Source: Raillietiella orientalis
Lineage: Eukaryota
DNA length: 64,000 nucleotides
Direction of reading: 5' to 3'
NCBI GenBank assembly: GCA_036172245.1
Contig: JAYWIR010000003.1
Location: 3,038,001 to 3,102,000, forward strand
Part shown: piece after piece, positions 23,101 through 35,917 of the stretch
Position numbering within the stretch: position 1 is the first letter of the stretch
How the letters are laid out: every line of letters begins with the position of its first letter
Program-made: the position numbers and the translations under genes
The notes under the pieces: generated by a model
What the model saw: only the letters and a program-made list of their open reading frames with translations
Database searches by the model: none
Told to the model about the DNA's origin: nothing

Positions 23101-24714
23101 CCCGCGTGCGTAGCGGGCGAGTCCGCGGCCCCTCTTCCCAGGACGAGAGCGGAAGTGGCTCGGTCCTGTCCCGCGGCACCCTTTCCCCGAGCTCCGACCC
23201 TTCCCGTTTCCGCGGCGGAGGGGCAGCGCACGCCACGTCGCGGAGGGGGTCGCGAAGTAGGCAACCCGCAGTGCCGCAAACGTAAGCGTGGGGCTTTGGC
23301 GGCCGGCCAAAAGGCCCCGCCCTCTCTCGCTCCGCTCCCTCGCACATCTGTCCGGAAGGGGGGAGCGGGGGGCAGGGGAAGAAACCGCTTTTCCTTCCGG
23401 AGCGGTGCCACGAAGGTAGTCGCCAACCGGATGTCCTCGTGAAAGGGCACGCAGGGAGGAAAAGGGGCAAGCCTCCGGGGGAACGCCGGCCACGTCCGAG
23501 CGCTGTCGTCCGGGAAGCAGGACGGACGAAGTCGGCACGGGCCTGGTCGGTGCAGGAAGTCAGTTTGAGGGGGGCGATGGAAGCCGCTGCCCTCTTTTCC
23601 CGCTTTTCGGACCACCTACGCCACCACGGCACGTCCCTGTGACCTGTCCTTCCCCCCTTCCCCGCAACTCGCGGCTCCCGGTCCCTTGGCGCCTGCCCTC
23701 CGTCCGACTGGCCGTTCGTCTCGTCCCCTCCGTTTTTCCGTCGTTTCCTTGGCTCGTGGCAACCTTGCTCTGCGTCTGCGCCACCCCCTCTTTCGTTCCA
23801 GCCTATGCGGAGGAGAGCCAAAGGGGGGGGGGGGGGAGGAAGTAAATAAAACCGCGCGAAAGGAAGACACACACACAAAGAGAAAAAAAAGACGTGCCGG
23901 AAGTCGGGCTGCGGCCAACGGAAACGCAGAGATCGAGAGCGCGATAAGCGCCGCTGCCGAGCCGCGCAGAAAGCTCGTCGAGCGCCCCCTCCGCCAATGG
24001 CGGGCGGGGGAGGCGCTGCCACTCGACGAGACGAGGGCGCCGCGGCGGAGGAACGCGCGAGAGGAAGAGGGCCGCTGACGGGCAACGGGGAGGTGGCGAG
24101 TCGCGTCGCGGGACGTACGGAGAGGGACGTCACCCATCCCCGGCCTTCCTCCTCCTCCCTCTTCCACCCGCTCTCGTTTTCAGATCCCGCTCACCGGAGG
24201 GGCGTGCATGACCATTCGCCCCTTTCCTACCCCACCCCAAGACTTCCTCTTTCCGAGGCGAGCAGGCAGCGGGCTTTCCCGAAAGCGACGGCGCCCGCCA
24301 TCGCCCTCGGATGCGATCTTCCTCGTCCCATCCTTTCTTTTAGGTTGGGTCTCTCCTAGGCACACGCACGCACAAACCCACGTCCGCAAAGGAAGAAGAA
24401 AAGGGCCGTTTCTTCGAGATGCCAGGAGATGCAGAGCTTGACCCGACCCCGTGCGGCCCCCGTGCGAGCGAGGCCAGGTCGCCCTGGTCTCGCTTGCACA
24501 AATGCGGGCGGATGGTGCAGGAAGGACCTGCGAGCTGCCGCCCGAGAGAAAAGTCTCCACAAAGAACAGACCATCGTAGTGGCGGTGGTGGTGAGGGGGG
24601 GGGATGGGTGGGTGGGTGGGTGGGTGGGGAGGTCGGGGGGAGAGCACGAACAGTACAAGGAATGTCGAGATCTGTAAAAGATGTTTATTGCGCCTCGGTC
24701 ACATGTCGGTGGCA

Positions 24715-25345
24715 TCACGAGCATTGCAAGGGCAAGAAATCTTGGGTCGTCCGAAAATGGACGCTCGTTCTGTTCGGGAACAAAGAACAGGTGTTTCGGA
24801 GACAAATGGCCTTGCGATACTGATCTTCGGCCACGTTGAGTAAGGCTTCATGAACGTTATGATATATGTGATCACTCTCACGCGTTATGAATGTGAAAAT
24901 TCCGGCTCCGGTGGTGCAGTGCCTGGGGATTGAAATTGGAGCCCTTTTCCCAACGCGCACCGGGGGCGGACGTACCTTCCTGTCTCTATGGTGAACTTGC
25001 TGTGATCGTGTCCGTACTTCTTGAGGCTTATGAGAGGCCATGTGAGGAGCTTGAGCCTCGGCTCCTCGATGTCACACACAAACACGTTTTCGGCGGTCAC
25101 CTGCAGCAGGCACTCCCCCTGTATCCCACACTGAGAGTTGGGCATGAGAAACACGTGAAACTGGTCTGCAAAACGAGGTCTTTTGTTAGTGACGCGAAGC
25201 GGCCACCCTGCCCGCTTGCTTCGGCACCACCCTGCTGTCGAGAGGATGCGCGCGTCGGTACACAGAAAGAGGCGCCAAACGCGCGGCTGGCGCATCGGAG
25301 GACGGCGAATCTTCCTTGCGCAAAACTAAAAATTCGGTGCGTGCG

Positions 25346-25377
<32 letters not shown>

Positions 25378-27388
25378 GGTGATGGTGGTGGTGGGAGGGG
25401 GTCGTTTTTTTTTTTTTTTCCCCTCTCGTCCGTCGTGCTGCAGATGTGGGCAGCCCTGCTCACTGGCGTCGCAGCCTACCTGATGCGAACTCGGAAGGAT
25501 TCCTATCTCTGACGTGCTCCGCGTTCCCGTGGGCGTGCTTAATACCCAGGCACTCCCTATTCAGGACCTGCATCCAGCTCTCGCATTCCTCCTCTGCAAG
25601 AATCCCAAGGCGTTCAGCGTTGCCTGGAAACCCGAAGGCTCCAAGCGCCTCGCTCACCGAGTGCGAAAGCCAGCAGGATGCGAGATCCGTCCTTGAAGAT
25701 AATGGACAGGCCGCATCCCGCGTCCGTCTCGTGGTGCTTAATGTCTTCCACGTTTTCCAGCAGGAAAGATTTGCTGTGCACTTTTCTCGAGAAGCAGTGC
25801 TCGTTCGGGAATTTCTCCAGCTTGGAGGGGCTCTGGCTGGTGGCCCGATGTAACACCAAGTACCGCGTCCTCCATATCTACCAGAAGTCAATCAGTCAAC
25901 AGAAAAACGCTCACCACTAAATGATAATATGCATGGAACGGGCCGACCCTTGATGATGAATTGCAGGTGGAAGCCCCCCTCCCGTCCCCCTCCCCCCCCA
26001 AAAAAAAACAAAAAAACAGGAAGCAAACAAACGAACAACAAGCCACACACACGCAGAGACACGGGCGTTGCATAAATCATCACGGGATGCTGGGCAAGTA
26101 CCACCGGGAAGTTATTCCCGAAGCGAGTTCGAATGGGCAATATCAAGTGTTTACGGTCTTCTCGCATCTCGAGATGCGAGACTCTGAGGCTCGGATTCAG
26201 ACGAGGACCAGCTGAACCGAAGCACAGGCGCCACAAACAAAAACAAAGGAAACGCTGCAGCGAGCGGCGTCATTCGCAAACAGCAAAAAAAAGGGGGAGA
26301 GCAGGAGGGAGGGGGAAGAGACACGCGGGAGAAGAGCCTCCCTGCACGGAAGCAGGATTGCCAAGTGAATTTTCCCGCGACGCTCGATCCCCGGTGGCGG
26401 ACACCCGCGAGGGGAGGGGGGGATCGTAAGAGCCGCCCGAGGCGTCCGAAAGTTTTTCATAACCCGTTCGACGATCCCGCACGCACCTCGCACGGATGCA
26501 CACGTACGTGTACAGTACGTACGTACAAAAACCTTGCGCACGAAGCGCCCCGCGTGAAGAAATACCAGACCGGGTCGGGGGAGGGAGGGGGCGAGGAAGG
26601 ACCGTGCGGAATTGGCGGACGCAAATCGGCAGCAAACGCTCGCCTTCCCTCCCCCCCTCCCCCCCGCAAATAAAAAAAAAAAAAAAAAAAAAAAAGGAAA
26701 AAGAAAATCGGGATGAAAATTGCGAACGCACTGCGTTGGCAGAAAAAGTAAAAGAGCGACAAATCAGAAGCGAAGGCTTCCGTTTTTTTTTTTTTTTTTT
26801 TCCTTTTTCCTCCGATGACAGCTGAAGCCGCAATATCGACGACGGTGGCGCAATTCGCTCTATCAGCGGCGGTGTTGAAACCCGTAATAGCACCGTGGCC
26901 CATAGGCCATTTGCACTTGCTGGAACAATCGCCTCCAAAATAGGCAGGCTGTCGTAACGAGCCCTAGTCGGCCGGCTGCACACGCACCCGCGCGCCGCCT
27001 GGCCCCACGCACTCGGGGATTCTCCTCCTGGAAGGGCGCGCTTTTTTCGGGACCCTCAGCGACCACCGGCGCGCGATCCCGGGGGTCGGCGGAAAGCTCT
27101 CGGGGGGGCGCGCGCGCCTCGGGCAGGGGAGGTAGGGGTCGGCGGGGTAGGGTCTTTTTTCTTTTTTTCCCCCGGCGGCGCGGGAACCGCAGCGGCACGG
27201 TCGGCGGTCACAATCCTTCCGGCCCCTGAATCACCTGAACATCAGCTCACCCGAAATCTGTTGCTCTTCATCTTCCCGTATCCCTGCTTGAGCTTGTCGT
27301 CATAGAAGCAGTTCAGCAAGATGTCGATGCACTTGTCCTTCTTGCGCTTGATGTGCTCGCTGGGGTGGATGAAGCGGGTGAAGTGCAT
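24715..27388 (-). CDS. DOK4/5/6-like docking protein (PH + IRS-type PTB), 5 coding exons, 289 aa
   Basis: Exons 27388-27251, 25877-25658, 25593-25480, 25165-24976 and 24922-24715 have GT-AG borders and sum to 870 nt in frame. Peptides KQGYGKMKS, LEKFPNE, FHVFLMP..GECLLQVT, WPLISLKKYG and ETGRHCTTGAGIFTF match the DOK4/5/6 pattern. Confidence 0.9.
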
Positions 27389-27661
27389 CGCGAACGCTCC
27401 TGGAAAAGGTATGATTATCGACCTTTAGGCACTGCAGACCCTCGTGGGGACACGCTTCCGGTCATCCGTACGATGCAATCGCGACCGAACACGTTCGTAC
27501 GCTCAGACGGAGCATCCGAAGGCGCGCGGGCCAAGTCGGCTGCTTCTTCGCAGGAGCGGAGGGCTTCTTCCTCTTACTCACTTGGGAAACGGCACGAAGG
27601 AATGAGTCTGCTGCTGCTGCTGCTGCTCTTCTCCTCGCAGGAGAGTGCTTCCGCCTCGGCG

Positions 27662-27692
<31 letters not shown>

Positions 27693-28010
27693 CGGGGAAA
27701 ACCGTCGCGGGGGGGGGGAGGGTGACCTTTCCTTTTAGCCTTACCTTTTAGCCTGACGCACCAACTTCGTAGGTCTTAAGCAGGGAAAACCAGCAGTGGC
27801 TCAACGTTCACTTGCTTAGAGGAATTCCCACTCGGCCAACGACAGCAAAAATGACACCGCACGTGCTTTGTTCGCCAAGCAACCGCGCTGCTGCTCTCCA
27901 CTCTTTTTCTTCTTCCCCTCCCCCTGTATTTCGAACGTACCGTACCTTCCCGCGGCAAAAGGAAGGGCCAACGGAGCGCCAGGAAGGCTGGCCGCCACCA
28001 AGTCGAAAAA

Positions 28011-28014
<4 letters not shown>

Positions 28015-28045
<31 letters not shown>

Positions 28046-28097
28046 TCGAGGGGGACAGAGAGAAGAACCCACGGCGTGTGCGTGTGTGTGTGTGTGT
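28015..28097. repeat. (CA)n and (TG)n microsatellites in inverted arrangement
   Basis: A CA tract at ~28015-28044 and a TG tract at ~28076-28097, upstream of the DOK-like gene. Confidence 0.9.
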
Positions 28098-28867
28098 ACG
28101 CCACCACAGCCAGGCTGAAAGAAGAAGAACAAAGAACGTGTACTTACGTCACTTTGTGTGGATGCGAAGGAGGCGTACACACAGCCCGTGGCGGAGACTG
28201 CTCAGAGATTGGAACCTGCCACCTTGCACAGAGGCAACACTCCTTTTGACATTTGCGGATCTCGTGATCCTTCCCAATTAACAGTAGTCGCATGCACCGT
28301 CTGACGGTTGAAAGTGCAATCAGTTCGGGCGAGACGGTGGGGGTACTGCTCTGCAGGGGGGGAGGCGGGGGGAAGGAGAAGGGGGGAGGGAGGGAGAGAG
28401 AAAAAAAGAAACGGGAAAGAAAAAAAAAAAAAAAAAAAAAAAAAGAACGAAATCGGAGCTCCGCGGTTCCCGCGAGCGCCGATGCGCGCATGCGACAGGT
28501 GCCTCTCGCTAGTGACCATCCCTGATTATAATGTACATCCTTATTTACACTACATCATGTCTTCGATTGCTGTCCGCAGGAGAGCGATAAGCACAACATA
28601 TCGATCTTCTTTCGAGCTAATTTGAATTCTTTATGGTGCCTTCTGCAGAGCCGGCCGACATGCCGATAAATAGCAGCCAGTCTGCTGGCCTGGACTTATC
28701 ACTCGCTAATCCCCTAACTTTGCAATAATTACGGAGATATTCCTCACTCCGCATTGGGAATGCACTTCGAGGAGAGGAGGGAATCCCAGGGCGCGGGGCT
28801 CGCCGTGTACACCGCCCACCGCGAGAGATCTCTCTCGCGCGGTCGACGCGTTGCACAGGGGTTGAAC

Positions 28868-29340
28868 ACCCGGGCGTTGCGCCGGGACGCCCGCTTCTCG
28901 GATGAACGTACGCGTGCGTAGGGACGTCGGCCCTACGACGCCCGGGAGGGTTCCGAACCTGCCGAGTCGCCGGCGCGCGGGCCGGCGAGGTGCGCCTCGG
29001 CAGCGGAGGGGCGCAAACAAAAGGAAAAACAAAAACACCATTTGCAAAGAAAAAAAAAAAAAAATGGGGAGGGTTGGGGAAGGGATCGCCAGGAGCTGGA
29101 GGGCGTCCTCTTGCCAGCATCCTTTCCAGGATGCTGGCAAGTTCCGTACGGGTATGGGTCCCAGGTGGAGGCCATCTTGCTGCCGTCACTGCCCATCTCT
29201 GGCGTAGCTCCCGGTCCGGCGATCCCGCGTAGGCAGCGGCAAAGGGCTGCTGGGGAGGCGGAAGGGGACGCCCCGCACGAAGACGTAACACGTCCTCTGG
29301 CAGCGTGGCAGCAGTGGTGACTTTCGCATCGGACACAGCG
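28868..29340 (-). mobile_element. L1/Tx1-like LINE 3' fragment
   Basis: TAARWP..ELASILERM..GDPFPNPP on the minus strand, with the terminal motif variant cccgg-cgcaacgc-ccgggtg. Confidence 0.75.
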
Positions 29341-30329
29341 AGCGTGGCCGCGTCGGCAAGCCCCGAACTAAGGAGGAGGGAGCGTATCCCTCGCGCCCTG
29401 CGTACATTCCGAAAAGTTAACGTACGCAGGCTCGTACGCGGATGGCCGCAACGCTGCCCTCTAGCGCTTCCTGCGCGAAGCGTCGAAAATGCTCGAGGGG
29501 TGCGCGAAGAAATTCATTTCCGTCATCATCATCATCATCATCATCATCATCTGTTTTTTGGATGTGGACAGGGGGCTTCGATTGGAGCTTTCGCGTGCGA
29601 AAAAGTAACGCGCGCGCGCCCGCGCCTCCCGGGTCCTCGCCTTATCGCTCCGAATGCGACCCTCAGCCGCGGTTTTGTATATTAACATTCAAATTAAACT
29701 TTGTGTATGCTAAGAAAGGTCGATACTCCCTCTGCTCTGATTATTTAGCGGGCGGGAGAACGTGTGGTTCGGGGCGTGCACGTACACTACGCGCGAGTGG
29801 CCACGAAGCTGCTCCGCCGAGGCCCGCGGGAACGCGCGCACGGGGGCGGCAAGAAAACCTTTTGGGGAAGCCGTTCGGCGCGCCCGCCGGGCCGGGAGGG
29901 TGCCCCCCACCGCCCGCCCGCCCGCCCCGCTTCGCGGCCAGCCCCGTCGCGCGGAGGGCAGCTTCCATCCGTGGGACGGGGACGGACGACCCCCGGCAGC
30001 TCAGGGTCGCACTGTCCAGCAGAAGCGGGGCGCGCGCACGTCGCTGGTCGCCGACAGCGCCCGTGCATTTTTTCCTTCCCCCCTTTCTTCCCCCCCCCCA
30101 CATCCCCTTTCTGTTTTACGACGACGGAGGTGGATTTGCGTGCTGCACGTGGGAATATTTCCCTGACCGCGAGCCCCGTGCGCCAGGGGCGCATCCAGGC
30201 GGCTCACCCATCGGACGCACTTGCGTGTTTTGTTGCCGTCCTCGACCCTCCCTCCCACCCACCCCCACCCCCTCCCGAGCTAGGTGCGTCCTTCCGGTCG
30301 AAATCCGCGAGTGGTCCGTATACCCTGCA

Positions 30330-30960
30330 GGGCTCCTTCGAGGAGACGGAGACGTGGGAGAGCGAACCCAGGAGGGACGGCGCCGTTTCCCCCCCCCCCC
30401 TTTTTATCGCCGTCCACGCTGCCGCCTCCAGCTCCGGGGCGGGTGGTGCGAACCCCGCGTGGTGCTTCCTCGGGGAGGAGGAGAGGGCCGTGGTACTCCC
30501 CCAGGAGCTGCCATCGTTGCACGTGGAACGCCCCCCGTTCCTTGCTGACGGCATTCGACGCGCTTGGCGCAGGCGCGCGGATATGGATGGACATCCGGGT
30601 GAAGCAGCGACCCTCAGGCTCATGTCTCCTCCAGGGAGGAGGGAGGATAAGAGCAGCTGTTGCCATGGCGTTTGCTGCCTCCAAGAAGGCAGCAAACGCC
30701 ATGGCAACAACAGCGCCGCCGTACCCTTGGAAAAGGGGATTGCAGGGACGGCCCCGAGGCACCTGTAGCAGGCCAGCCTGGAGGGGAAGAGAAGAGAGGA
30801 AATGCTTCTCCCGCAACTGGGGGGTCTCCGTCATCCCTTTCCAAGGGGGAGGAGGTCCAAGTTTACGCGAACACCACCAGTCCTGCGTTCGAGGGGGCTG
30901 GCGGAGAGGCTGGCTCGCGTGTTGCCACTGCCGACCCTTGGGCTCTCCGTTCGGTGACCA
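30330..30960 (+). mobile_element. Decayed LINE RT-core fragment containing a perfect hairpin
   Basis: TQEG..FPPPPFY resembles the RQGCPLSPxLY motif. Heavily degenerate. Confidence 0.35.
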
Positions 30961-32699
30961 CCTCCGTCCGCGCAGCCGCAGCCACGGGTGCGACCCGCGC
31001 ATGCCTTCCCCCCCCCCCCTCCCCGAAATCACGCTCGCCTCTGTCGCCACCCGATTGCATACGCGCTGCCCTCGCGGCGGCAGGGAGGATGCGTCTGCGC
31101 GTGCGCGCACTCTGCCACGAGTGCGTCACGTGGAGGCGACAGCAGCAGCAGCTCCGCAAGCCCCCACGGCCAGACCGAAGCGAAAAACGAGGTCGCGGAG
31201 ACGATAGGAACTTGGAACTGATGGAGGGTGGCGGGGTGGGGATGGGGGCTCGCGGTGAGTTCCAGGCAGCCATTGCCCGGATCGGCTCATTCGTCCGGTT
31301 GGGATGCGGCGCAGACGCTCCGCCTCCGCGCAAAGGCGCCTCGGTGCCTTTTTTCTTCTTCTTCTTCTTCTTCGCCAGTGCTCCCAGGGTGATCTATTTG
31401 CCAGGGCGCCCGGGGGGGTGCTGACATTCGCTGTCTTTGTCAGTTGCGCTGGCCCCCAGAGAGAGAGCCCCTGTTCGTTCCCCCCTCCAGCCCCTTACGA
31501 GAAGCGATTCCGAAGGCTGGAAGAGCGTGGATCCCGCCGCGCACGCGTCTACAGAACGCCGCCGCTCTCCCTGTGCGGCAGACGTGGCTGGCAAAGAGAT
31601 CGCCGAACTCTGGAGAAGTCACATGGCAGGCGCCTTCAGCGTCCTCTCCGGTGGGTTAGGGAGCTTCGAAGTCCCTCAGGCGTGACACTTGGCATCGTCA
31701 CGGACCGCTCCAGTGCAGCCAGAGCGGCACACGCGAGAATGCAAGGGAGCACGAGAGGCTAATGAATGCACCTCGCCCCGAACACCCTTCTGCTGCCATC
31801 TCACGAGGAGCAGCGCAACTCCGAAGGTTTTCCCTTCCTGCCGCTCCACGGAAGCTTGGCGGAAGGGTGGAGATTCTGCCCGCAGCAACGGCGGCGGCTG
31901 CCGCCTGCCACGTCTCCGTCGCAGAGGCCGCAAGTGCATCTCCCGCGGATCTGGAAGGCGGCAGATGAGGAGGAGGAGGAGGAGGGGGGGGGCGCATCCC
32001 CGCGAGGGCGAAGAGCGCGGAGAGGGCAGTGGGGAGATGGGAGCGGAGCTCCCGGAGGGCGGAGCCTAAGAGGCGACCGCTCTGGACAGCTTCTCCCTTC
32101 TCTCTTTCCCTCGGAAGGGGCAGGGGAAGGAGCGCGAGCGGTCTCCCGGGAGCGACGCTCAACCCTCAGCCCTCGTCCCACGACGTGGAGGGGCGGAGCA
32201 GGGAGGGTGGAGGACGGCCCGGAGGCGGAGCAACTGGCGCCATCGCAGCTTCCGGGGAGCAGCGAGCGCAGGGATTCCGAGGGCTCGCTGACCTCGCTTT
32301 GCCCTGCGCCGTTCACCTCCCCCTCCTTCCACCCCCAAACGCCCCCGCCACGAGAGGGTCACGTGACCGCGAGCGACCGACCTCCTTTCGCACCGCCATC
32401 TTCCCTTCTCCTTAAAAAGGAGACGGAGATGGCGCTGCCCTCTCGGGAAGGAAGTCTGGAGCGGGAGGTGCGCTGGTGGGGTGGGAGGGAGTCGCCGCCC
32501 GGTGACCCGACAGCTGCTCTCGAGCACGCGCAGCAGCCAGGGCGAATTCCAGGCGGACCCGCAGCTTCCCTTCCGCCCTCCGGCTTCGGCCGTCCTACGT
32601 CCAGGCGTCTCCGTACGGGAAGGCTGGCAGCGCCTTCCCTTCGCCCCTTCTTTCGAGCCGGGCCTTTGACCTTTGACCTCACGGAGGCTCCGCGGGGAA

Positions 32700-33445
32700 G
32701 CTTCCACGCAAGAGGCCACCGGTGCCGAGTCGCGAGCGCCTCGTGCGGCGAGGGAGCGAGTCAGGGAGCAGGGGTCGCCGGACGACCTGTCCCAGAAACG
32801 CCCCGGCATTCCGACCTTCGCCCGGAGATCACTCTGGTGCGGGTCGTCCGAAGTCGAGGTCGCCTCGGTCTCCCTACCTGGTCCGCCACGGGACCCCCAC
32901 CTCCCGCACGAGCGAGGGCCCACAGCTCTTCGGGAGGCGCATCGCCGCAGTCCGAGTTCTCTCTCTGTCGCTCCAAGGCGTGCACTCAAAAAATGAACGC
33001 TCATTGTGGGAGCCGGGTTGCCGCTGGAAACGGGAAGAAATCTCCTTCGGCAGGGACTGCGCCGTCTCGCAGGCCGCCTGCAAGATCCCGAGAGAATAAG
33101 AGGGGGGCAACAAACAAACAAAGGGTGAAAGGGCGATACCTCGGGCGAACCTGCGGGTCCGGGTGAGAGCCACCTCGCCACGGGTCTCTCCGCCGTCGAG
33201 GCTGCCGTCCGTCTGAGTCCACCTCGCGCGCAAATCCCCCGGGAGGAGGGGGGAAGTCTTTTCCGGGGATCACGGGGGAGGAGGCGCTGCAGCCCAGACA
33301 CCATGGCAGAAAAGTTCCGAGCGGTTCTTCGACCCAGACAGATGTCGCTGCTCGTTGCGCCTGAGTGTCCAGAACGGAAAGCACGCGCCACCACGTACTG
33401 CCATCTGAGGAGGACCTCCGATGCCTCCGAAAAAAAAGTCCAGGG
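32700..33445 (+). mobile_element. Decayed LINE endonuclease-end/RT N-terminal fragment
   Basis: HSDLRP (~SDH), RKSPG (~GKSPGxDG) and LRPRQMSLL (~WRPISLL) appear in order and are cut off by the SINE at 33446. Confidence 0.45.
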
Positions 33446-34291
33446 AGGCCGCGTTGGCCGGCCGTGTGGCTGCGCGCGGACACCGCGGCGTGGCACCGAG
33501 AGTCGCGGGTTCGAATCCCGCCCGGGGGAGAATCGGCGTCAGAGAAATCAGGGGTGCGTCATGGGTTTCGAGTCCCCCCCCCCCCGCAAGATGACGCTGG
33601 CTGGCTGAACTCTTTTTGGGTGCAGCACTGGTAGGAAACCGGATGCCCCGTTGACTGGTCCGGATTTGGAAGTTGACTCTCCGGGGTCCTTCCAGGAATC
33701 AAGGAGGAGCCCTTCGGGAGTTCCCCTCCGGTTGTGAAAATGGGGCTGTCCATCTCGAATGCCTCGTGGAGCTGGTGGATCGATGCTTCCTCTCCAGAGT
33801 GTCAAGTGCGCTGCTCCCTTCATGGAGCGCCGTTCGGAGAAATTGGGAAGCGTCCCCTTGGGGTTCTCTCCAGAGGAGGAGGAAACCAGGAGCCGTTCCC
33901 TTGCGGGTTCTTTCCGGAGAAGAAACGAGGAGTTCCTCTCCCCCTCCAGAAGGCCCTTCCGGAGAGAATAAGGAATTCGGGATTCGCTGCTAAGCACGAG
34001 AGGAATGGGCTCCTTCCTGGATTCATACGGTGGTCCTTACCGGGGTGTCCCCTATAACCTGAAGAGTTGCGCGCACCCTCGGGTGGCGTGGACAGCGTCA
34101 AAGAGCTTTATGAGCCCCTAGGCGAGCGGTTCTGGGGGTACTTAGCGAACCAAAAAAAAGAAAACCCGAAAAAAAAAAAAAAAAAAAAGCTGGAAGGAAA
34201 ACAGCGAAGACAGAAAAGAAAGAAACCAAAAGATGATGATGAAATTATCCCAGATCAACAGTGGCGACCTCCTCGCGGGTTCGCTACTGGC
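33446..34291 (+). mobile_element. tRNA-headed SINE-like element, most complete copy (~850 bp)
   Basis: Head ggccgcgttggccggccgtgtggc, B-box GGTTCGAATCCC near 33508, second box near 33563, internal A-tract at 34152-34188, and a 3' hairpin at 34259-34289 followed by an A-rich tail. Confidence 0.8.
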
Positions 34292-34746
34292 ATTATAAAA
34301 AAGAAAAAAGGAGGGGAGGGAAGGACCACGGGTTCCTCGGAGTAAGGGGGCACTCGAAAGGCCGGAGCACTCCACGTTCCCTGTCAGCGCGGGAAGGGTC
34401 CGACGTCACCCCACTTGGCCCACGCAGACGATCCGCTCATCCTGCCGTCCATGCCCACCCGGGCGGCGTACTCGAGGCAGGAGAACAGCAGTCCCCGAAA
34501 GGCTTCGCAGCGACGGTGCCTCGGGACGCCTGCACCTGCCTCCCGGCTCTCGGAAGGACAGCACTGCAGGGGCAGTTCAGCAGGCCGAATCGTGGGCCAG
34601 CCACTGACGCGCACCTCCCTCTCCGTCGTGCGGAGGGAGGCGATGGGGTCGCCCTGCCGCGCCACCGCCAGAGGACGAACGCGGGTGTGGCTGCCTGCTG
34701 AGGCTGCGCTGGGTTCCCACCCGGGTGTGCCGGGGAGTTTATTTAA

Positions 34747-35263
34747 CCCTTTGAGTGCCATGGACGCATCTATGTGTTCGACGAGAACCATTGGCGTGGA
34801 CTATGGACGCATATGTGTGTTTCGCAAATGTTTTTTACCTTGCACACGCGGAATAAGTTAACACTATCCATGTTTGAGATGGACGCATGCACTTACGTGT
34901 TCTTATGATTCCCTTGGCAACGAAAGTAAACAAAATTCTATTTATATCAAACTAACGATTCTCGGTTTTTCTCGGTGTCGTATGTAATTTATTATATTGT
35001 TTTTTATCTTTGTGATACCTTAAGAATTGCCCCTTATTCGACATCTTAAAAATGTCGAATAATTTTGAAGAGATTATTACAAGAGACGACAGCGACATGG
35101 ATGAAGAGTAGGATTCGAATGAAGAATGTGACGATGAAATTGAGAGATGTGGGTCCTTATCGTCATCTGATTCTGAAGATACGAAAGGCATTACAGATAA
35201 TACAATAGCCAAATATAGATACAAAAATAAAAGTATTTCATTTAATGTGATGTAAATAAACAA
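34747..35263 (+). mobile_element. piggyBac 5' end with decayed transposase N-terminus
   Basis: TTAA (34743-34746) followed by CCCTTTGAGTGCC. Three atggacgcat subterminal repeats. Acidic start MSNNFEEIITRDDSDMDEE*DSNEECDDE at 35052 with an in-frame stop. Confidence 0.65.
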
Positions 35264-35900
35264 TTACAATAGTGATTCCAGCAGGCGTTGCACGGGAGGC
35301 CCCAGTGCAGCAGCATGAACGGCGGAGGCTCCTGCCACTTTAAAGGGAGGGTGCGAGTGTCCAAAAGCACTAGGGGCCTCTGTAGGTCCTACTGCGGAAT
35401 ATCCAACAACTCGACCCAGCGCAGGAGCCCTCGAGTTGGAGCACTCGGGGTCGCAGCGTCTGTAAGCTGGCTCGTCGTCCACTCGGTGCTTTCTTCTTAG
35501 TGGAGATTTCTACCGAGACCTGTTCTGGAGGCGCACTTGTGGTCCTCCTGACGCCCTACGAACTTTGCAGAGTAGGCGCGCACTGCAAGGAAGCAGCTCG
35601 TGGGCGAGGATTGTGGAGGGGTGTCCAAAGGAAGGGAACCCCTCTTCTGTGCGCCGCCCTTCTCTTCGCATTTGGTGGGAGGGCCTCTGGAAGACATCAT
35701 GCCGGGTACCGGAAGACCCTGGCCGCAGTGCTGTCTGGCTGCTCTGCAGGGGGAGGGAGGGAGAACACGGCGACTGACCTACGGGCACGGCGGGCGGTCT
35801 CTCGAGAGATCGCAGGAACGAAGAGGCTGCCCCGCAGGGATGTTCGACTCGCCCGTTGCAAGTTCTCGGGCGGGAGGGACCTCCGACAGGAACACACCTT
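35264..35900 (-). mobile_element. L1/Tx1-like LINE fragment (its terminal motif is probably the one at 34718-34746)
   Basis: Minus strand matches the family (acggacgctgcgaccccgagt region and gggcctcccgtgcaacgcc). Confidence 0.7.
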
Positions 35901-35917
35901 CGCCCTGGTTATCTCCG

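Noticed and set aside
29442..33496. Long overlapping ORFs of 300-466 aa (also 50836-52414)
   Set aside because: Arg/Pro/Gly/Ala-rich, open in several frames on both strands and running through homopolymers, as expected from stop-codon scarcity in GC-rich DNA.
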